From NCBI GenBank assembly GCA_964452145.1, contig CAYVLA010000048.1:1-22556 (forward strand): a stretch of 22,556 nucleotides of DNA. Reading direction: 5' to 3'. The position numbers were made by a program, and so were the translations under genes. Origin of the DNA: Candidatus Hadarchaeota archaeon (GTDB taxonomy: Archaea > CAYQAE01 > CAYVLA01). The number at the start of each line of letters is the position of its first letter. Position 1 is the first letter of the stretch. Below, piece by piece: positions 17,484 through 22,556 of this stretch. The notes beneath the pieces are model-generated. The model was not told the DNA's origin. It made no database searches and was given only the letters and a program-made list of their open reading frames with translations.

Positions 17484-17571
17484 CGTCTTCTGATAGTTGG
17501 ATCCGGGATAAGAATCCCACCCTCTCTGCACGCACCGATTCGACCGCGGGGAGGTGGGTGGTAACCCGGGT

Positions 17572-18525
17572 TCAGTTGCCCCCCAGCACCCGCAGCTGGG
17601 CGAGAAAGGGCTCGGGGATGGACCCATCCTTGTGAATCGGCACGTCCCATGTCACGACCCCGCCTTTGGAGTTCACATCGGCGGTGTATCCTGCAACGAA
17701 CTCGTCAACGAACCTGGGCGGGCCCCTGGCCCAGTTGGTGCCCAGATAGCTGAGTATGTGGTACTGGGCCCGTCCGACCCACCGTCCGGGACAGACCTGA
17801 AAGGCGTTCGATATCTCGCCGGCTGTGTAGTCCTCATGTTCGGTTAGCGAGACGACCGGGGCCTTGACCCCGGGATTGAAGGCAACGATGGCATCGGGGT
17901 TGCCGGCCTTCAGGGCCTGCGCGAAGCTCTGGAAGTTGGGCGGGTCGGGGTGCCTGTACATCGAATCCGAGAAGTAGCAGCCGTCCACCCACCAGCCCCA
18001 GACCTTTTTCCCCCAGCGGAGCGACCACTCCCTCACGACTGCTTCCCACTTCCTCTGGAAGCTGGCAAGCCTCTCTCCCGTTGGCTCGGTTCCCCCCGGC
18101 CAGTTCCCCTTCAGTCCCCATCTCCACTCAAGTCTCCGGATCGCCGGGCGATCATCCGCAGGCCCCCCGCTGGGAAGGTAGACCATGAGCCTTACGTCCT
18201 TGGCTTCAAGGACCTCGTGGATGTCGGATATCAGATCACGCCTGGAGCACTTGCTCGGCTGGATGCCGACGAATGAGTCGTAGGTTGAGTTGGGGGAGCA
18301 GTAGTGCCCGGAGTTCTGGCCGATGGTGATGAAGTAGTACCTTGCTCCGACCGACTCCAGCTGCTCGGCCAAAGTGCGGGCATCCAATCGGTCGACCTGC
18401 TTGTTCCACTTGTGGGCGGTGGTCTCTTTGTCTGCAAGATAGTGGGTGAAAACGCCCCACCCAGCTTCCCTGAACCAGTCGGTTGTGGTTCGACCGGGGT
18501 TGCATGAAGTCCCCTGCTGGCGCAT
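17572..18525 (-). CDS. GH29-like (alpha-L-fucosidase-like) TIM-barrel glycoside hydrolase
   Basis: WGVFTHY, GARYYFIT, RDLISD, WGWWVDG (W-x-D nucleophile). No signal peptide. Confidence 0.7.
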   Translation of the reverse strand: MRQQGTSCNPGRTTTDWFREAGWGVFTHYLADKETTAHKWNKQVDRLDARTLAEQLESVGARYYFITIGQNSGHYCSPNSTYDSFVGIQPSKCSRRDLISDIHEVLEAKDVRLMVYLPSGGPADDRPAIRRLEWRWGLKGNWPGGTEPTGERLASFQRKWEAVVREWSLRWGKKVWGWWVDGCYFSDSMYRHPDPPNFQSFAQALKAGNPDAIVAFNPGVKAPVVSLTEHEDYTAGEISNAFQVCPGRWVGRAQYHILSYLGTNWARGPPRFVDEFVAGYTADVNSKGGVVTWDVPIHKDGSIPEPFLAQLRVLGGN

Positions 18526-18566
18526 ACCGATTACCTCGTCATGATGCGGAGACTCCGGGGTTCCGC

Positions 18567-19643
18567 CTAGGGCTGCCAGACGGTCGCTGCCAGGTACCTT
18601 TCGCCCTCGGGGTGGTCGTTGAAGTAGTAGACCGTGACGATCTTGCCGTCGGCCCGCTGTACGGTCCGCGGGTACCCAAGGTCGTGGTTCCCGCCGTCGT
18701 CGCGCAGGATGATCTCCTCACCCCATGTCATGCCCTCGTCCTCGCTCAGCCTGGCCCGGAGCCCGAAAGGCGGATCGCGATATCCGTATGTCAGGCACAG
18801 CCTCCCGTCCGCCAGCATGGTCAGCGTCGGGGGGTTACCCCCGGTCCCAGTGTTTGCCACCGGCCTGTTGACGAACCGCCATGTTGCGCAATCATCCTTG
18901 GATTCATAGAGATCGATCCAGTTGCGGTCGGTGGGCTCTCGGCACCGAACAGCGACGAGAACGCGGGACTTCCGGAGACGGATGCTGGCAGGCATGATTG
19001 TGAAGCCCTCCGGTTCCGGGGTGACCCAGGACAGGAATCGGAAGCTTCGACACCCGTCGGAGGTGCGGGCGCAGAAGACCCTTCCCTCGTCGCCATTGGG
19101 CTTTGAAGCCGTGAGAAACAGGACGCATTCCTTGGGGCCGGAGATGATGTAGTCCGTGCGGGCTGCGACGCCGGTTTGACTGAACATGGGAAGTCTGTGG
19201 GGCCCAAGCCATGTTCTGCAGCGATCGAGCGAGACATAGAACCAGGACCTGGCACCGGCGTTCAGGCCTGATCGAGCGCACATGAGGGCGAGGTCAGGAT
19301 GGGTCAGATCCAAGTCCTGCTCAAGGGTCATTAACCCCTCCTTCCCGGAGAGGGCCTTGCCCACTCCCAGGTCAGATCGCATGTGTTCATCGGCCGACAA
19401 TCCCCCTCCTCCCGGAGCGCGGCACGGCATCGCGTCGACATCCCAGGTCTCACCTCCGTCCGTGCTTCTCGCCTGCATGGTGACGAATGGCCTATCCCTA
19501 TCCCGGGCGTGGAATCCCCCATCTGCCTTGTGATAGCCCAGCGTGAAGCCCACGACGATCTCATCTCCCCAGGACCAGATGCCATAGTTCGCCGGCCAGC
19601 CAGCGTATCGACCCTCCTTGCGGTAGACCGTGACGTGATGCAA
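18567..19643 (-). CDS. Asp-box/BNR-repeat sialidase-like protein, no signal peptide
   Basis: STDGGETW, SLDRCRTW, TSDGCRSF, SKDDCATW, SEDEGMTW, GNPP and DLGYP. TTG start after GAGGTAGG. Confidence 0.85.
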   Translation of the reverse strand: MHHVTVYRKEGRYAGWPANYGIWSWGDEIVVGFTLGYHKADGGFHARDRDRPFVTMQARSTDGGETWDVDAMPCRAPGGGGLSADEHMRSDLGVGKALSGKEGLMTLEQDLDLTHPDLALMCARSGLNAGARSWFYVSLDRCRTWLGPHRLPMFSQTGVAARTDYIISGPKECVLFLTASKPNGDEGRVFCARTSDGCRSFRFLSWVTPEPEGFTIMPASIRLRKSRVLVAVRCREPTDRNWIDLYESKDDCATWRFVNRPVANTGTGGNPPTLTMLADGRLCLTYGYRDPPFGLRARLSEDEGMTWGEEIILRDDGGNHDLGYPRTVQRADGKIVTVYYFNDHPEGERYLAATVWQP

Positions 19644-19677
19644 TCAACCTACCTCGAGGTAAGTTCTCGGGCGCCCC

Positions 19678-19685
19678 ATATATAA
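19678..19685 (-). promoter_or_regulatory. Probable archaeal TATA box for the BNR / GH29-like pair
   Basis: TTATATAT on the minus strand, 35 nt upstream of the start at 19643, in GC-rich context. Confidence 0.6.
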
Positions 19686-19754
19686 CCCACCGGTCACCAG
19701 TCCGAGTCCTCTCCGGCGTGGCCGGGATGGCCGATCTCCGAACGCATGGGATCG

Positions 19755-21041
19755 CTACTCAGCTACTGCATGGTCGGCTGTCAGCCTCGTTGTCCTGATC
19801 TCCCGGTAGAGCATGCGTCTGACCATCATAGACCATAGCAGAAAGCCGCAGACCATGCAGGTTGCCGTCACGGCCAGCCACTCGATGACGTAAACCCAGA
19901 GAAGCGTCCTGTCCTTCAGCTTCATTGCCTCCTGCTCAAGACCCCCAAACAGTTCGCCGATCTGGCTGTAGGTGTCCAGGGTCTCCTGGAACTGAAGCTG
20001 GAGATAGAGGGATCTTGCCCCGGATGCCATGTCATCGAGCTCGTCCATCTTGGAAGTGATGACTCCGGTGTTCGCACCGAAGGAGTCACAGAACTCAAGA
20101 AGGCTCATCAGCAGGGTTTTCCTAATGCTGACCTCCAGCATCTTGGTTCTGAGCGAATGCACAAGGTCGATGTCCTGTGGCACCGGTCGATTGTCAAGGT
20201 AGATCATCAGGTTGCTGCCGAAATCTATGTAGTAGGTCCAGAAGGGTCGGAGCCTGCAGAAGTAGTAGATATCACCGGTATAGGCGAAGACCCTCCCCGA
20301 GTTGTCAAGCTTCCACGTGACCATCGCGGGGTGATCCTTGAAGGTCGCGCTCTCCACATGTGCCAGCATATTTGCGCCTTGCTTGGCCTTGACGAGGTTG
20401 TGTTCGAAGTCGTTCATGAAGTAGGCTTTCTCCCTTTTCCAGGGGATGCTGCTGATCAGCTCGTTATCCCACTGGTCTATGACGAGGAAGAGGCCGTACA
20501 GGAGGCCGCTTTGGGACTGTACCCAGGTATCTTGCACGTCCTCGGTGGGCAGAAGCGCCCCTACGGCGGTGTCGCCCCAGGGAGGTCGGCCGAACGCCCC
20601 TCCGAAGGTTTCCCAGCCCCCCGCCATGAAGAGCCCAATTCCGCTCTGCCGAACGCCCCTGGCCAGCATCTCGATGTACCGAGGCCCGACCGCCTCCCTG
20701 TTCGCGTTCGCTAAGACGATCACGTCGAACCTCTCGGTCAGGTCGGAGTGGGATCGAGGCATGTAGAGCCTCACCATCCTGTATACCTGCGGCTCCGATG
20801 TGGCCTGCTGGGTCGGACCCCAGCCTGCCCAGTCACGCAGCGTTGCCTGCACGAAGCTGATGGAGAACAGCGGATCGGACCGCATCTCCCAGAAAGGGCG
20901 CGAGCGGGCGATGCAACCTACGTACAGGACTCCGATCCGGCCGTCGGGCAGGGCGACTGCAATGGACTGCGCGGCGATGCCGGATAGAACGAGCCAGATG
21001 AATAGGGGTACCGTCGCTTTGGGTTCACTAGGAGTGTCCAG
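19755..21041 (-). CDS. Membrane-anchored GATase1-like (DUF1355-type) protein, paralogue 3, probable CTG start
   Basis: The frame stays open 52 codons upstream of ATG 20885 and encodes a signal peptide and GRIGVLYVG. Also RLYMPRS, GLFMAGGWETFGG, WGDTAVGALLP, and a C-terminal TM with WSMMVRRMLY. Confidence 0.8.
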   Translation of the reverse strand: MDTPSEPKATVPLFIWLVLSGIAAQSIAVALPDGRIGVLYVGCIARSRPFWEMRSDPLFSISFVQATLRDWAGWGPTQQATSEPQVYRMVRLYMPRSHSDLTERFDVIVLANANREAVGPRYIEMLARGVRQSGIGLFMAGGWETFGGAFGRPPWGDTAVGALLPTEDVQDTWVQSQSGLLYGLFLVIDQWDNELISSIPWKREKAYFMNDFEHNLVKAKQGANMLAHVESATFKDHPAMVTWKLDNSGRVFAYTGDIYYFCRLRPFWTYYIDFGSNLMIYLDNRPVPQDIDLVHSLRTKMLEVSIRKTLLMSLLEFCDSFGANTGVITSKMDELDDMASGARSLYLQLQFQETLDTYSQIGELFGGLEQEAMKLKDRTLLWVYVIEWLAVTATCMVCGFLLWSMMVRRMLYREIRTTRLTADHAVAE

Positions 21042-21205
21042 ATGTTCGCCCCCTCGATCTCGGGATTGTCGGTCTCTCCATCATATATCTTGTGGTTGTA
21101 TGTTGTAGGTCGTAGCCCGGGCTCCTATGGACGGACCGTCAAGCACGATCTGACCCAACTCCCGGCGAGCTCGGGGTGCGAGGGAGTCGGGACTGGAGGA
21201 ACACA

Positions 21206-21230
21206 TTTATATAGATAGCTAGCTTATCTA
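21206..21230 (+). promoter_or_regulatory. TATA box and overlapping inverted repeat upstream of the PadR gene
   Basis: TTTATATA at 21206-21213; TAGATA-N7-TATCTA at 21212-21230. Confidence 0.65.
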
Positions 21231-21244
21231 GAAAGGCGATCTAC

Positions 21245-21679
21245 ATGTTCGTCAAGACCCCATTCATGTCGATGTGCGGGCCGCACGATTTCCGAGGGCC
21301 TCCCCCCGGGGGCCACCATCGGCCCGGCCCGGAAGGCTTCGGACCCGGTCCCTGCATCGGCCTTAGGGAAACCCCGGTCACCGGTCTGCTCCATCTCGCC
21401 ATCCTGAGGCTGGTGAAGGAGGGACCGACCTATGGAAGCGAGATACAGAGAACGCTGAAAGAGAAGTTCGGCATCGACGAACAGAGGCCCGTGATCTACG
21501 TGCTGTTGAGGCGCATGGAGGACCTCGGATTTCTGTCATCGGTCTGGGATACCGAGGGAGGAGGTCCTGCGAGAAGGATCTACAGGATAACCGAGGATGG
21601 GTTCGAGCATCTTCAGAACTCCTTGGAGGGCCTCAAGAAGGTGAAGGAGGTAATCGATGTCCTCCTATCAGGCCAGTAG
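21245..21679 (+). CDS. PadR-family transcriptional regulator
   Basis: LHLAILRLV-x2-GPTYG-x-EI, VIYVLLRRME-x2-G, GPARRIYRITEDG. Gly/Pro/His-rich N-terminal extension. Confidence 0.92.
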   Translation: MFVKTPFMSMCGPHDFRGPPPGGHHRPGPEGFGPGPCIGLRETPVTGLLHLAILRLVKEGPTYGSEIQRTLKEKFGIDEQRPVIYVLLRRMEDLGFLSSVWDTEGGGPARRIYRITEDGFEHLQNSLEGLKKVKEVIDVLLSGQ

Positions 21680-21801
21680 AAGTCTCCTCCGCGGCTGGGG
21701 CAGACACCCTGACCGGGATGCCGGTCTGAGGTTTGACATGCCCAGCCTGACTAGGGCTCCCAAGCCGGATGCGCCTGTCCCAAAGTAAGAGGCACCGCTA
21801 G

Positions 21802-22556
21802 ATGGCTCGTCGCAGAGCAGCCCTTGGACTGCTCGGTGGCCTGCGTTCAGAACTTGTCGTATTCCACTCCTTTTTCCACCGAAGCCTCGTCGAGCAGTTA
21901 TCGTTCAGGTCATGGTTCGTGATGAGGATACTGGGCATGATGGTTACGGTCACGACCTTCGCCATCTTTGCCCAGACCGTCCCCGCCGAGTCGGTCCAGG
22001 CGGAGATACTGCATAAGTACGGCATAGGCGGCGAGTATCCGATGGTGACTTGGTTCCTACTGGGGATGCTGGTCCAGAACATGGTTGCCCTCGGCAGCGC
22101 CGGGGTCAGCTGGCTTGTGAATAGCCCCTTCTATCCGTACTACCATACCTCGCCCACACATCTCATCACGGTCCTGTTCGGGAACAGCTCCTTCAGATAC
22201 AACTGGATCCTGATAGAGACCGTCGCGTATCTGGTGGTCGGGAGCCTCTTCGGAATGCAGATCCACGTCAACATGGGGTTTCTGCTGGTTTTGGCGACGG
22301 GGATGCTTCTTGTCTTTGCGCTTGACCTTCTGTCCGCGGGCTGGAACATCATAACCAAGATGGGCGAGGACCCGCTCAACTGGTTTCTCAACCTTTTCAG
22401 CCAGCTTGTCTCAGGAAGGATGATTCCGGTGTGGCTCCTCCCCGGGTGGATACAGGCGATATCATACATCCATCCCCAGTACTACATCAACGAGATGGCG
22501 AGGTACACGCTTGGCGGAAATGCGCCGATCAGCAGGATATGGCCCCAGCTGGGACC
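21802..22556 (+). CDS. ABC-2 type transporter permease (3' truncated by window end; absent from the ORF track)
   Basis: Open frame from ATG 21802 to the end with multiple TM segments and the ABC-2 signature LVSGRMIPVWLLPGWIQAISYIHPQYY. Confidence 0.85.
   Translation, partial: MARRRAALGLLGGLRSELVVFHSFFHRSLVEQLSFRSWFVMRILGMMVTVTTFAIFAQTVPAESVQAEILHKYGIGGEYPMVTWFLLGMLVQNMVALGSAGVSWLVNSPFYPYYHTSPTHLITVLFGNSSFRYNWILIETVAYLVVGSLFGMQIHVNMGFLLVLATGMLLVFALDLLSAGWNIITKMGEDPLNWFLNLFSQLVSGRMIPVWLLPGWIQAISYIHPQYYINEMARYTLGGNAPISRIWPQLG

Noticed and set aside
1..22556. CRISPR array, tRNA, rRNA, integrase or phage genes
   Set aside because: No repeat-spacer periodicity, cloverleaf or hallmark proteins were seen.

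Overview
GC-rich chromosomal window, most likely from an archaeon (inference from TATA-like boxes about 30-40 nt ahead of several starts, an archaeal-type CxxC-x17-CxxC mini-protein and an atypical MscL). From left to right it holds a decayed ISL3 element with a small inverted-repeat insertion, a scattered set of signal-peptide-less carbohydrate enzymes (three Asp-box/BNR beta-propellers, a GH36-like, a GH29-like and a DUF1080 protein), an MFS transporter, MscL, a SAM methyltransferase, ABC exporter parts, a PadR regulator and three paralogous membrane-anchored GATase1-like proteins. The best candidate for an undescribed system is the minus-strand operon at 13635-10275: a Zn-ribbon membrane protein, then a single-pass membrane protein ending in GGGG(CA)7GGGR, then a translationally coupled radical SAM/SPASM enzyme with an N-terminal PqqD/RRE-like domain, with a convergent methyltransferase. 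It looks like a RiPP-type maturase whose substrate may be the Cys-Ala tail of a membrane protein. Also notable are an apparently circularly permuted MscL and a strongly conserved C-terminal anchor motif shared by the three paralogues. All family calls come from motif recognition by eye; no searches were run.
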